From IMG/VR virus record IMGVR_UViG_3300044829_000002, positions 1 to 64,000 of that record: DNA of 64,000 nt; one strand, 5' to 3'. The notes under the pieces are model-generated. The model had not been told where the DNA came from. It searched no databases and was given only the letters and a program-made list of their open reading frames with translations. This DNA comes from a virus. Taxonomy: Duplodnaviria; Caudoviricetes. The first letter of the stretch is position 1; each line of letters opens with the position of its first letter. Shown piece after piece: positions 28,733 through 38,922 of this stretch. The position numbers and the translations under genes were made by a program.

Positions 28733-31386
28733 TCGATATAGCTGAGCGTGTGCGTGTCGAACCGCATGTAGGGCTGAGTGCCGTCCGCGTCGCAGAACGT
28801 GAAATCGGTCATGTCCTCGGTGTACTGCCGGTCAGTCAGCATCACGTAGGACCGCCCACCCTGCGCCCATTGCAGGATCAGGATGTCGCCGGACGCAACC
28901 AGCGCATCCAGCCGCGCCAGTTGCGCCTCGTTGCTTGTGATGACAATGAGTTGCCCGTCCTCGCCGCCGACCCAGTCACGGATCTTCACCGGCCCGCCGT
29001 CCCTGCCGAGCGGGTGATAAACCTGCGCGTCCTCGACGCGAGCGAACGATGCCTGCCTGCGCCGGTTCACAGCCACATGCAACATGGGGTCAACCGCTGA
29101 ACGCAGCATCGTCCGCGCCGGTGCAGGCAGCAGCATCGTCACGTACTGCGACGGTGCCGACCCCATGTTGTTGGCGTTGAAAATCCAGCCGTTCGTGGCC
29201 CGGTACAGCACCGGCCGTGCTGGCGGGCAGTCGAAGTCGGCAAAGTCGGCCTGCTCGCCGTTGCCGTACCCGAGCGGCAGAGTTGATGTCGCAGCCGCCT
29301 GCGAGAACCGGACCTGGCTCCACACCAGCGGCCCGCCCATCGCCGCCTTGCCGTCCACCGGCACCGTGCCCAGGCCCCAGCCAATCCGAGTCACGTACAC
29401 ATCAGCGGTGGCTGATGACCCGTCATTCGGGACAACACCGCGAGCTGCCGACACACCGGCCGGACATGTGGCTGAGATCGACACCCGTTGCGGTGTTGTG
29501 GTGAGTGTGACCTGAACGCCTGTCGATGTCGAGTTCACAGAGCCGTTGGCGTCATTCAGCCATTCGATCTTTGGCGTGCACGTGAACGTCCCCGATTGGA
29601 CCCACGCCCAGAACGAGAAAATGTGGGCCTGACCAACTACCACCGGGAAATTCCAGTCAGTCTCCGGCACCGCATTAGACGTGCCGAGTCGTAGCGGGTT
29701 GTTTGCTGCCGCACGCGGCGTCCAATGCAGCAAGCCGCCAGGCGTGTCACCCGCAGCGGAGATCGCCTTGTTCATCCACAGCCATTCGCAGCCGTCCGTG
29801 GCAGTCGTCCAGCTAAACCCGGAGGCAGCCGACCGTAATTGCGTACCCGCCGACGCCACTTGCGGATGCGCCCAGTTATCAGCCGGACCCCTCGCGGTGG
29901 CAACACGCTCGCCGCGTTCCAGCACGAACGCTGTCGGGTCAGCAGTCAGCCCACCAAAAGTCCACACGGTGGACGAGCCCGCGTGGATGCTGACCTTGTC
30001 GATGCGGTGTATTTCCGCCGCGCCGCCCGTGGCGATCACCTTCGCAACCGGTATGGCCTGCACCGCGTTGCCCGGTGCGACAAGCGTGGCTGACGCCTGC
30101 GTGTAGACACCGGCCGATGCGCTGTCCGTGATGTTGGAACCGAATACGGTCGAGATCGTGCCGCCTGATGAGTTGATCCAGCGGATGCCGATCGCGCACG
30201 AGCGTGCCGACACTGCCGCATGGAAGGAGCACAGCGCGGTGTACGTGTCGCCGCCGCTCACTCTCGGCATGCCGAAAGTCGCGTCCACCGCACCCTTGGC
30301 CTGCATATCGCCCGATGCCGACGAGGACATCTGCAACGACTTGGTGCCGTCAGCCGCATCCGTCGAAGACGACGTCGGCGCGCCCATATTCACGTCAGCC
30401 GTCCACCCGCCGATACCGCCCTCGAACGAGGAATTGTCATACGTCAACTGGTTGACCGGAGAAAACACGTTCACCAGTGCTCGGCACTGCTGATCATCAG
30501 TCAGCGCGGCAGCCGTCACGGCCGGGGTGTACGGCGGCACCAACACATAAACAACTGTGAACGCGGACGACACTCCCCACGCCGAATACCAGTAGGCACC
30601 CTCCGGGCCATTCCAGTTCTTCCCGACCTTCACGTACGCCTTATAGGTGGTGCCGTTCTGCAAATCCGATGTCAACGCCCAACTAGCCTGCGCGCCCAGA
30701 TGCGCGGCCGAATCGTAGACCGGAGTGTTCACGTCCGGGCTGAATCCTGGGATGCTGTAAACCGCTGAGCTGAACACCTTCACTTGCCACGCGGTCTGCA
30801 ACTCTCCGTCAGTGTCGCTGTAAACCCATGACACAGTCGGTCGGGAGTTGTTGGAGAAGTTGGTGACCGTCGGCGCGGCGAGCGTCGGCTGGTTACGGAC
30901 ATCAACATCGATGTACTGCTCGTAGTTGCGGTAGAACGCGGCCCCGCCTGCGTTGTCCGCGAAGAACTGTGTGTAGCTGTCGAGCGCGTTGACTTCCGCC
31001 TCGGTCCATGCCCGCCCGCCAGGTGCCCGGTTCGATGTCGGCCCGAAAAAGGTGACGATCGTTGTTGAGCACAGCGACAGCGACAGTTTGGCAACAGGTG
31101 ACCCGCCCAACTCGCTGTACAGAGCTGTGTACCCGTTGTGGCAGTGAGTGCTCCCCGTGCCTCGCGCTGCGCGCAGCCTCAACCGACACGTCTTCACCCG
31201 CTGCGTGGCTGTGAGTCCTGGCGACATGTTCGTAAACGACATCTTGAGGTACGCGTTGATCGCGGTGCCGATGACGTAGCTGGCATCAGAGTCATCCGAT
31301 GTGGCGATCACAGCAGATGCGGCGCCGACAGCGGAGATCGATGCAATGGCAAGTTGCCCGAACGGTCTTAGCGTCTGAACAGGCAT
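28717..31386 (-). CDS. Large minor tail protein (FN3-like and carbohydrate-binding-like modules, Dit-like C-terminus)
   Basis: Immediately after the TMP; NSSFEGGIGGW CBM-like start; DFDCPPARPVLYRA...YHPLGR C-terminus. Confidence 0.7.
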   Translation of the reverse strand: MPVQTLRPFGQLAIASISAVGAASAVIATSDDSDASYVIGTAINAYLKMSFTNMSPGLTATQRVKTCRLRLRAARGTGSTHCHNGYTALYSELGGSPVAKLSLSLCSTTIVTFFGPTSNRAPGGRAWTEAEVNALDSYTQFFADNAGGAAFYRNYEQYIDVDVRNQPTLAAPTVTNFSNNSRPTVSWVYSDTDGELQTAWQVKVFSSAVYSIPGFSPDVNTPVYDSAAHLGAQASWALTSDLQNGTTYKAYVKVGKNWNGPEGAYWYSAWGVSSAFTVVYVLVPPYTPAVTAAALTDDQQCRALVNVFSPVNQLTYDNSSFEGGIGGWTADVNMGAPTSSSTDAADGTKSLQMSSSASGDMQAKGAVDATFGMPRVSGGDTYTALCSFHAAVSARSCAIGIRWINSSGGTISTVFGSNITDSASAGVYTQASATLVAPGNAVQAIPVAKVIATGGAAEIHRIDKVSIHAGSSTVWTFGGLTADPTAFVLERGERVATARGPADNWAHPQVASAGTQLRSAASGFSWTTATDGCEWLWMNKAISAAGDTPGGLLHWTPRAAANNPLRLGTSNAVPETDWNFPVVVGQAHIFSFWAWVQSGTFTCTPKIEWLNDANGSVNSTSTGVQVTLTTTPQRVSISATCPAGVSAARGVVPNDGSSATADVYVTRIGWGLGTVPVDGKAAMGGPLVWSQVRFSQAAATSTLPLGYGNGEQADFADFDCPPARPVLYRATNGWIFNANNMGSAPSQYVTMLLPAPARTMLRSAVDPMLHVAVNRRRQASFARVEDAQVYHPLGRDGGPVKIRDWVGGEDGQLIVITSNEAQLARLDALVASGDILILQWAQGGRSYVMLTDRQYTEDMTDFTFCDADGTQPYMRFDTHTLSYIECQAS

Positions 31387-34300
31387 TTAACGCCTCGGTC
31401 CTTTGATCGCATTCACGTTCTGCTTCGCGCTCACCAGTCGCGCCAGTCCGTCGGTGTCAATCTGAATACCCATACCGGCTAGCGAGCGAGAGAACGACCT
31501 GACCAGCGACTCCTCCGTGATCACACTGCCACTGCCTGCCGAGCGCGGAGTGCTGCGTATCTGCTCCGCTGGCCCCGCTGGGATGATCATTTCGCCCTTG
31601 TGAACATATGCCATTTCCGTCTTCGGGATCGACCAAGCGCCTGTCTTGTAGCCCGACACTGGCGGATCGATTGCAAAGATCGAGCCGTACCGGGACCTGA
31701 TATACCGAATACCTGCGGCGATGTTGGCTATCGGGTCGTTGATGTTCAGGCTCGTGCCCGGCAAGTGATAGGCGGCAAAGGTTGAGGGAATCGTCTGCAT
31801 CAGACCTTGTGACGGGTGACCGGCCGCAGCGTTCGAGTCGGTGAGGTTGATCGCGTTCGGGTTACCCCCGGACTCGTAAGAGATCCGGCGCAACAATGGA
31901 GCGAACCAAGTACCTGGAGTGCCGGTCAGTTGAAGCGCCGCCTGCACCCACTGGCCGAGCGACCCGCTCGCCTTAACGAGCATCGAAGAAATATCCGGCC
32001 CGCCGATAGACAGAGCCCCGCCTGCCTGCTTAGCCCACCGGCCGAGGAACGCGGTCGCGCCACCGGCCTTGTTGACGATGCCCTTCAAGATCCCGGACAT
32101 GATGTGTTTACCGGCGTCGATAGCCCACGACGGAGGCGACTTGATGCCGAGCGCACCGAGGATTTTCTTCGGCAGCGACCCGAACCAATTCTTGATGTTG
32201 TTCCACACAGACTTGATGCCATCCCACAAGTGATTCATGATCGCCGCGCCACGAGCTTCCAGGAACCCCATGCCGCCAGCGATCAGCCCCGCGATACCTC
32301 GGCCTAAGCGACCGAACCACTGGCCGATGCCGCGCCACGTCGCGGTGATGCCGTTCCACAGCGCGTTGAGCAACCGCTGACCAGCGTTGGTCAGATACAC
32401 CGCGCCTGCCGTGATGAGGCTGCCGATAGCTCGACCGAGATTCCCGAACCATTGACCGACTCCGCGCCAGATTGCTGTTATGCCGTTCCATAAACCTTGG
32501 ATCAAGCGCTGTCCGGCGTTGAGCAGCCATGACGCGGCGGCGGCGAAGAACCCGATGATTTTCCCGCCCATAGACGAGAGGAAGTTCAGCACAGCCTGCG
32601 AGGCGTTGATGATGGCATTTTTGATTGTGTTCCAATGGCTGATGATGAACAGCACCAGTAAAGCGATCGGCCCCATGATCACCGCAACTATCAGCCTCCA
32701 GTGATCCTTGACGAATGACCACACAGCGGTGAATATTTTCTTCGTCCAAGCCAGGATCGTGTTCCACTTCCAGATAATTAAGGCGACCAAGGCTATGACT
32801 CCGGCGATGACCCAAGCCACCGGACCCATAGCTATCACCCATGCCAGAGCGATACGCGCCGCCTGAATCAATGACTGAGTGCCCAACACGATCCATGCGC
32901 CGACCTGTACAGCAACCGACGCTATAGCCCCGGCGGCGGCTGTGACCCAGCCAGCGGCGATGACAGCCGCTCCAGCCACAGCTCGCGCCGCCGATGCTGC
33001 CCAACCGGCGATCATCGCGGCGAACGCTGCCGCCTGCGAAACGACCGTGTCGCCAGCGGCGGCACGCAACATGAACCAACCGATAACCTGCCGCCCTGCC
33101 GACACGAGTGCCGCCGCGCCGGTGCTGATCCAGCCGCCGATGATCACCGCGAACGCAATAGCGGATGCAGCCGCCGCCCGGTACGCACCACCCTGCGCGA
33201 TCAGCCACGCGACTGACGAGCGGACCGCATTCACCATCGCCTCCGTGCCGTACAGCACCCAGAGAGCGATAGATTCCCCGAGACTGATAGCTGTGGTCAC
33301 ACCGAGGCTCACAATCGCAGGCAAGAGAACAGCGGTGATCACTCCGGCGAAAATGGCGAACGTCGTGCGGTGAGAATCAAAGAAATTGATGATCCCAGTA
33401 AGAGCGTCGGCGTAGATCCGTATGGCGTTGACCGTGATCAGCAGCGCTGCGCCGATGATCTGCGCAGCGACCTGAAATACCTTGCTGATCGTGGGCCAGT
33501 TGGTTTGCAGCCAATGAAAGATCGGTATAAGGATCTTGTTCCACCATGTGCTGAGGTAGTCACCGATAGCCTGGATCGCCGGGACGACATTCGCTTTCAA
33601 CCGATCGAACACGCCCTTCATTGCGTCCAGATTGCCGGGTGTCAGCAGGCTCTTGCGAACGAACGCGAACGCGTCACCAACCGCATGCCCGAACGTACCC
33701 AGAGCAGGGATCACGTCACGGAGAATGATGTCAGCCGCGTCGGACAGCACCGGTAAAAGCTTCGTGCCGACCGCGATACCGGCCGTGATCACGACCTGTT
33801 TCAGTTGGCTCATCTTCTGGTTGAAGGTGGTCTGTTTGATCTCCCAGTCCTTGACGTTGCCGCCCGCTTCCGCTTGAGCGGATGAGATTGCTTTCACACT
33901 GGACTGGAACGTTTTCATGTTCTCGCCAGTCAAGTGCAGCGCCACTTGCAGCCCGGTCTGCCCGCCGGTCATTTTCGCCAACGCCGCCACGTATGTCAGC
34001 GCCGACGGCGAACCCGATTTCAGTAGATCGGAGAACCCGTGAGCACGGCTGTAGGACACCAGCCATTGCCGCGCCAGGTTGGCCTGCTCGAACGTCATCG
34101 AGCCGATGGACTTGCGATATTCATGGATCGAAAGCGTGCCGTCAGTGAGGCCCTTGGCTAGCTTCTGGACAGGCGCGGGCAGATTCTTGAACATTTCGTT
34201 TGCTTTACCGGCAGCGATAGTTGACGTATTCATCGCGTTAGTGATCGTCAAACCAGCCGGACCCATATGGTCAGTGATCGCCTTGGTGATCATCTGTAAC

Positions 34301-35181
34301 GTGCCGGTCAAGCCGCGCTGACCTAAATGCTGAGCCACGTCTGTAGATGACAGGCCGAACGCTGCCATAGCTTTCGTTTCCTGCGCCGTCGGGTTAGCCA
34401 GTGACAGGATCGCGTGGTTCAGGTTTTGTGTCGCCTGCTGTGCGCTGATGCCCTGCGCTGTCATGGTGGCAATAGCGGCTGTCGTCTGCGCAAATGAGAT
34501 CCCTATAGCCGCAGCGTTGGGCAGCACTGAGTGCAGGGATGAGGCCAGGTCGTCCATCGTCATCTTGCCCCGGCCGACGGCGGCAACCAGTTGGCTCATG
34601 ACCGTTGCAGGCGGGCCAGCCTTGCTACCGAGATCGACCAGCGCGGTTGTCAACGCGTTGGCTACCACTCCTGTATCGGCCATGTCCACCTTGGCACCCT
34701 GCGCCGCCGCCTTCATGACGTCGAGCGCTTTCTGTCCGTGGAACCCGGCAGACTCGATCATGTACATGCCGCTAGCAAGTTGCGTGGTTGACGTGCCGGT
34801 GTCGCGTGCCAGTTTCAGAACGCCGTCGCTGACCATTTTCAGTGATCCGGCTTGCTCACCGGCAGCCGTTACCAGCCGTGTCATCTGCGTCTGGAATGTC
34901 CCGGCCAGCTTGACAACCTCGACACCGACACCGGTAAAGATCGCGGCAGGGATAAGAGACTTGCCGATCAGCGCGGTTTTGAACTTCGAGACGAACCCTT
35001 CACCACCGCGTCTGCCTGACGCTGCCGCACCGGCCGCTGCGCCGGTACCTAACTGCTCGCCGCCTGCCCGTGCGGCTGGCACTGCGCCGCGAAACCCGGC
35101 TGTGACACCCGCACGTGTCGCCGCAGAGAATGCCCGGAAGTCGGGCAAAATTTCGACATACGCGCGGTCAATAATTGTCAC
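31387..35181 (-). CDS. Tape measure protein with C-terminal lytic transglycosylase (SLT) domain
   Basis: 1264 aa, Ala/Gly-rich, W-periodic helices; ESGGNPNA...SQGLMQ...DPIANIAAGIRYIRSRYG. Confidence 0.95.
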   Translation of the reverse strand: MTIIDRAYVEILPDFRAFSAATRAGVTAGFRGAVPAARAGGEQLGTGAAAGAAASGRRGGEGFVSKFKTALIGKSLIPAAIFTGVGVEVVKLAGTFQTQMTRLVTAAGEQAGSLKMVSDGVLKLARDTGTSTTQLASGMYMIESAGFHGQKALDVMKAAAQGAKVDMADTGVVANALTTALVDLGSKAGPPATVMSQLVAAVGRGKMTMDDLASSLHSVLPNAAAIGISFAQTTAAIATMTAQGISAQQATQNLNHAILSLANPTAQETKAMAAFGLSSTDVAQHLGQRGLTGTLQMITKAITDHMGPAGLTITNAMNTSTIAAGKANEMFKNLPAPVQKLAKGLTDGTLSIHEYRKSIGSMTFEQANLARQWLVSYSRAHGFSDLLKSGSPSALTYVAALAKMTGGQTGLQVALHLTGENMKTFQSSVKAISSAQAEAGGNVKDWEIKQTTFNQKMSQLKQVVITAGIAVGTKLLPVLSDAADIILRDVIPALGTFGHAVGDAFAFVRKSLLTPGNLDAMKGVFDRLKANVVPAIQAIGDYLSTWWNKILIPIFHWLQTNWPTISKVFQVAAQIIGAALLITVNAIRIYADALTGIINFFDSHRTTFAIFAGVITAVLLPAIVSLGVTTAISLGESIALWVLYGTEAMVNAVRSSVAWLIAQGGAYRAAAASAIAFAVIIGGWISTGAAALVSAGRQVIGWFMLRAAAGDTVVSQAAAFAAMIAGWAASAARAVAGAAVIAAGWVTAAAGAIASVAVQVGAWIVLGTQSLIQAARIALAWVIAMGPVAWVIAGVIALVALIIWKWNTILAWTKKIFTAVWSFVKDHWRLIVAVIMGPIALLVLFIISHWNTIKNAIINASQAVLNFLSSMGGKIIGFFAAAASWLLNAGQRLIQGLWNGITAIWRGVGQWFGNLGRAIGSLITAGAVYLTNAGQRLLNALWNGITATWRGIGQWFGRLGRGIAGLIAGGMGFLEARGAAIMNHLWDGIKSVWNNIKNWFGSLPKKILGALGIKSPPSWAIDAGKHIMSGILKGIVNKAGGATAFLGRWAKQAGGALSIGGPDISSMLVKASGSLGQWVQAALQLTGTPGTWFAPLLRRISYESGGNPNAINLTDSNAAAGHPSQGLMQTIPSTFAAYHLPGTSLNINDPIANIAAGIRYIRSRYGSIFAIDPPVSGYKTGAWSIPKTEMAYVHKGEMIIPAGPAEQIRSTPRSAGSGSVITEESLVRSFSRSLAGMGIQIDTDGLARLVSAKQNVNAIKGPRR

Positions 35182-35184
35182 GGG

Positions 35185-35560
35185 CTAACCACCCCCATTC
35201 GGCATGGACGGATCAACGCCCACCGCTCGAAGAAAGGCTTGACTAGCGTCCTCATCGCCCAGCCACCATGCCGGAGCATCGGACGGAATCTCCGCGCTGC
35301 GCCGCTTGGCTCGGACACCGCCGAGGGTCCACTCAGAGACGTTCAGGTCGGCATCGAGTTGCTGTCGGTTCTGCATGGCCTCCTCCTGACTCTCCGCTTC
35401 TGGCTGCCGCTGCAAGAGCTGGTAGTAGAGGTAGTTCAGGAAGCGGTCGGCACTGATTCGGCGGAGGTCAACTCCTCGACCACTGCATTCGCCGTCGAGT
35501 TCTGCCCAGATTCCTGGCTGTCGGCACCATCCAAGGAGTTGGACGGTGCTTCGGTAGGGC
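35185..35560 (-). CDS. Tail assembly chaperone, -1 frameshift extension (T part)
   Basis: -1 frame overlapping the G ORF with no RBS of its own; LLGW...W.ELDG...GVDL...DRFLN.LY motif; precedes the TMP. Confidence 0.7.
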
Positions 35561-35888
35561 GCAAACCGTATTGTTCCATGATCCACGGCATGAGCTTCTG
35601 CACCTGGTTGAGCGAGATCGGCGCTTCCTTGCTGGTCATCCGGGCCTGGAATGTGGCTGCCGATTCGTCCACTAGCACGAGGTTGAACAGGTCCACGAAC
35701 ATCTGTTTCATTTCGGGGCCGAGAGTGGTCGAGTCGATGGAGTCAGCGAGGCTGGCGAAGTCAAGCAGGGTGAGCACGGGGATATCAGGGACGCAATCGA
35801 ACACATCAGGATGGATGCGGAATGCGATGCGGCGTTGCGGTTCCGTGAAGTCCATGATCTGGTCAGTGGCTTCGATGGTGGTTGTCAT
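35436..35888 (-). CDS. Tail assembly chaperone (G)
   Basis: Ends ...YGLRPT...; two genes upstream of the TMP. Confidence 0.8.
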   Translation of the reverse strand: MTTTIEATDQIMDFTEPQRRIAFRIHPDVFDCVPDIPVLTLLDFASLADSIDSTTLGPEMKQMFVDLFNLVLVDESAATFQARMTSKEAPISLNQVQKLMPWIMEQYGLRPTEAPSNSLDGADSQESGQNSTANAVVEELTSAESVPTAS

Positions 35889-35994
35889 GCCGCCAAGCAT
35901 TCCGCACTCAGCGCTGTCTGTTATCGCGTTGTTATAAAGCGATTCTCGTGCGGCTGAGCCTGTCTGTACCGTCAGCCGAATGCATGAGTAGTCG

Positions 35995-36046
35995 CGTCGC
36001 ACTGACTACGACACGGGAGCACGGTAGCTGTACAGCCAGACTGTAC
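35995..36046 (-). promoter_or_regulatory. Operator copy 11 (35995-36013) plus GTACAG-N5-CTGTAC (36030-36046) inside the tail operon
   Basis: cgtcg-cactgacta-cgaca; gtacag-ccaga-ctgtac in a ~200-nt gap. Confidence 0.6.
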
Positions 36047-36091
36047 GAGAGACGCTCTGAGCGATTCGGATCGATACAGAGTGAAGCTCGA

Positions 36092-36541
36092 TTACCCAAA
36101 CATCGCTGGTAGCGCGTCGCGCAGAAACGGCGTACCCCTCATGCCACGCGTCGAGCGCACAAAAACAGTCTTCCGATTTTTGCGTGCGATCAGCGGACCG
36201 CCAGGAGCGCTCACGCGTGGCGTGAACACGAGCACCCGTGCATTCTTGGGATAGATGCGTGCATGGCGCGGACCGTACAAGCCTGTTCCATCGTGGACCC
36301 ACATGGCGTACTTCACATCGGTGCCGACCTCGCACACCAGGCCGCGCTCCGTGATCACCAGTGCCGCGTGAATCGAAGACCGCAGCCGCCCGTGATCAAC
36401 GGGGCATTTCAACTTCGCCGCCGCCTCAACCTTGAGACCTCGCCGCAGCAAATCACGAGCCACCCCACCGCGCGGGTCACGCAGCATCCGCGCCACCGCC
36501 GCCACGTCTAGCTGATGTCGGATGCGAGGTACCGGACTCAT
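36092..36541 (-). CDS. HK97 gp10-like tail completion protein
   Basis: CPVDHGRLRSSI...EVGTDVKYAMWVHDGT. Confidence 0.85.
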   Translation of the reverse strand: MSPVPRIRHQLDVAAVARMLRDPRGGVARDLLRRGLKVEAAAKLKCPVDHGRLRSSIHAALVITERGLVCEVGTDVKYAMWVHDGTGLYGPRHARIYPKNARVLVFTPRVSAPGGPLIARKNRKTVFVRSTRGMRGTPFLRDALPAMFG

Positions 36542-37059
36542 CGCTGCATCGCCACCGTGAAGTTGACCTGAGTGCCGACGCATGCACCTTCGGGGCCGAC
36601 AGGAACCATCTGGTTCACGATGTACTCCACGATCTGATCCGCCAGCACCAGTTCGGCCAGTTTGCAGCACGTGGCCGTCAACACCAACCATGCGTCACCC
36701 ATGATCTGCTGAGCCGACGTGTCCAGTGCTGTCACGCTCGGCCCTTTACCTTGTGCGTCAACCGTCGGCGCGCACCGGATCAACTGGACAGTGAACTCCG
36801 ATGCGAGAAACGCGCCCTGGCAGCTCGACTGTGGCGCGGTGGACTGAGTCGGGAAATCATCGGTGTAGTAGGTGCGCGCCAATGAGACCACCAACAGGCC
36901 GCACTGCTCGCAGCCGTCCCACGCGATAGCGCCAGGCACAACCCCGGACCGTCCGTTCCTCGCATCCCACACGCCCGCTGCCGCGAGATCCGACACGATC
37001 CGGGCCAGCACTGCCGACGCCACCGTGTAGGACGCGCCAGCGCCAGTCAGAAGCGTCAT
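36538..37059 (-). CDS. Tail terminator-like protein
   Basis: Synteny; IAWDGC..CGLL...VQLIRCAP...GPEGACVG. Confidence 0.6.
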   Translation of the reverse strand: MTLLTGAGASYTVASAVLARIVSDLAAAGVWDARNGRSGVVPGAIAWDGCEQCGLLVVSLARTYYTDDFPTQSTAPQSSCQGAFLASEFTVQLIRCAPTVDAQGKGPSVTALDTSAQQIMGDAWLVLTATCCKLAELVLADQIVEYIVNQMVPVGPEGACVGTQVNFTVAMQR

Positions 37060-38102
37060 GACGTCGGCTTGAGTAGCTGCGCGACGGTATCGAACATGCC
37101 AGCGATGGTGTTTGTAATGGATTCCGAACTGGTCAACACCGTGAACATGTCATTGTTGTCGCTCGTCTTGGTGACGCTGTCTGTCCATTTGATGCCCGAT
37201 AGAGCGATGTCACCCATCCAATAGGTGACGCTGCCGACCGCTGCCCCGCTGTGTCCGAATCTGACCTGAGAGATAGGTGCTCGAGTGTTGATGCCGGTCG
37301 CCGACACCGAGTTATCGACCACTTCCCTGTCTACGCCGTCAGGTGCGTTGTACTGCCGGACGTGCACGCCGCCAGCGACGGAATCGCCTACGCATTTCAC
37401 TTCCAACTCGAAGAATGCGTTCAGCGGGATCGTGCCCACGCTCGTGCTTTGCGTGGCGCTGGCACTGTCGCGCACAACGATGTGACCCGTCGTGTCGATG
37501 CCGACCGACCCGCACACCGCACCGGCGCTGTCGAGGAACTGGACAACGTGCACCAATGTGCCAGGGTTGGCCGTGAAATACAGATACGTTCGCAGGTACA
37601 CCGGGCTGACCGCGCCGGAAGTGAAAGCCTTATCCCACTGTGCGTACGCCTGCCCCGGTGTCGCGCCGAGCAGCACCTTGTAAGCATGCTGACCCGGCCC
37701 GCCGTCGTCATTCGGCGGAATGTGAGTCGAGTCGAATGTGAGCGTGCATGTGGCTGACATGAAGGTCGCATCCCACGGGTCACCGCTGGAGCCGAACCCC
37801 GCCGCGAGCGTGGTAGGCCCCGAGTTCGCATGGGTCGCAATGTTCCCGTCCACGCCCAGCCATGCGTCGTTAAACAGTATCGGCCGAGAAATCACCGCCC
37901 ACGCGAACGCGTCAACCGCAAACCTGGGATTCTGCAAGATCGCCTCAGCTAAGGCGATGCGGCTTTCCTGTACGCCCGTACCTGTCACTGCGGGCGCACT
38001 AAAGGAAGCTAATGCCTGACTAACAGACGCGGCCTGTATTTGCTCGCGGAATTCCTCCTGGCCTACCGCCTGCTGATATTGCTCTGCAAGTGTCAGGATC
38101 AT
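37056..38102 (-). CDS. Neck-region protein with an inserted lectin-like beta-sandwich
   Basis: Helical N-terminal ~85 aa and C-terminal ~30 aa flank a beta-rich ConA/LamG-like insert. Confidence 0.5.
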   Translation of the reverse strand: MILTLAEQYQQAVGQEEFREQIQAASVSQALASFSAPAVTGTGVQESRIALAEAILQNPRFAVDAFAWAVISRPILFNDAWLGVDGNIATHANSGPTTLAAGFGSSGDPWDATFMSATCTLTFDSTHIPPNDDGGPGQHAYKVLLGATPGQAYAQWDKAFTSGAVSPVYLRTYLYFTANPGTLVHVVQFLDSAGAVCGSVGIDTTGHIVVRDSASATQSTSVGTIPLNAFFELEVKCVGDSVAGGVHVRQYNAPDGVDREVVDNSVSATGINTRAPISQVRFGHSGAAVGSVTYWMGDIALSGIKWTDSVTKTSDNNDMFTVLTSSESITNTIAGMFDTVAQLLKPTS

Positions 38103-38911
38103 CAGGTACCCACCCGCCTAGCTAGATGTCCGTCCACCGAGTATGCCTTGGCGCGACTCGTCAACCCGTTGGGGTTGTAGGCGTGCAGGAACAGATCGCA
38201 CATGCGCAGACCGAGCCTGCCTTTCTCGATGACGGCAGTCAGGTCAGGCAGTGTGATCGACACGCCTTGTCGTGCGAGGCTGGTCACGTTCGGCGGCAGT
38301 GAGCAGTCATCGCCGTGCATCGCCCGGATAAATTCGCAAGCAAGCTCCCCGATCGCACCGGCAGCGGACGCAGGCACGTCTTCTCCGTACAGCGCGGTCA
38401 CGCTGAACGTGCCAGGCTGCGTGTCATCCAGCAAGAGATTCTGGCAGTACGGGAAAGGTGCACCGGACAGGCGTACCAGTTTGCGGTTGTCGTCCACTCG
38501 ATAGGAGGAACCCGTGACGACTATCCCGTCCATCTTGACTTCGGTCACCGAGTTAACCGGCGCTGGCAGCATGACCTCGGACAGCGACGAGCATGAGCAT
38601 GAGTCGCCGCACGAGGCGCATCCGGCACCGATGGTGCCCCAGCCGTACCAGCCGCCGCCGCCGGAGATCAGCGACCCCCAGCCGACACCAGGCATGGCGT
38701 CCCACACGTTGCCAGGGAACGACGTCGGTCGGCATGTGCGGCGACACGGCCGCAGCTTGACGGAGTTGGTGCCGAATCTCTGGCCGGACATGCTCCACAG
38801 AATCTCGGTTGCCGCCATGACGGCCCAGCCTGTGACCACGGGAGACTCGGACATCACGTCACAGGTCCACCGCACATTCCAGGGTGCGACCGGACCGAAT
38901 GTTGCGCTCAT
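38102..38911 (-). CDS. Head-to-tail adaptor
   Basis: ATEILWSMSGQRFG...LRPC...LPAPVNSVTEV...ELACE...C.LP..VTSLARQGVSI...TG/GLRMCDLF...NP. Confidence 0.8.
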   Translation of the reverse strand: MSATFGPVAPWNVRWTCDVMSESPVVTGWAVMAATEILWSMSGQRFGTNSVKLRPCRRTCRPTSFPGNVWDAMPGVGWGSLISGGGGWYGWGTIGAGCASCGDSCSCSSLSEVMLPAPVNSVTEVKMDGIVVTGSSYRVDDNRKLVRLSGAPFPYCQNLLLDDTQPGTFSVTALYGEDVPASAAGAIGELACEFIRAMHGDDCSLPPNVTSLARQGVSITLPDLTAVIEKGRLGLRMCDLFLHAYNPNGLTSRAKAYSVDGHLARRVGT

Positions 38912-38922
38912 GATTCAGCTCC

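Noticed and set aside
26910-31386. Diversity-generating retroelement or invertible tail-fibre switch
   Set aside because: No reverse transcriptase, TR/VR pair or invertase is seen in the window.
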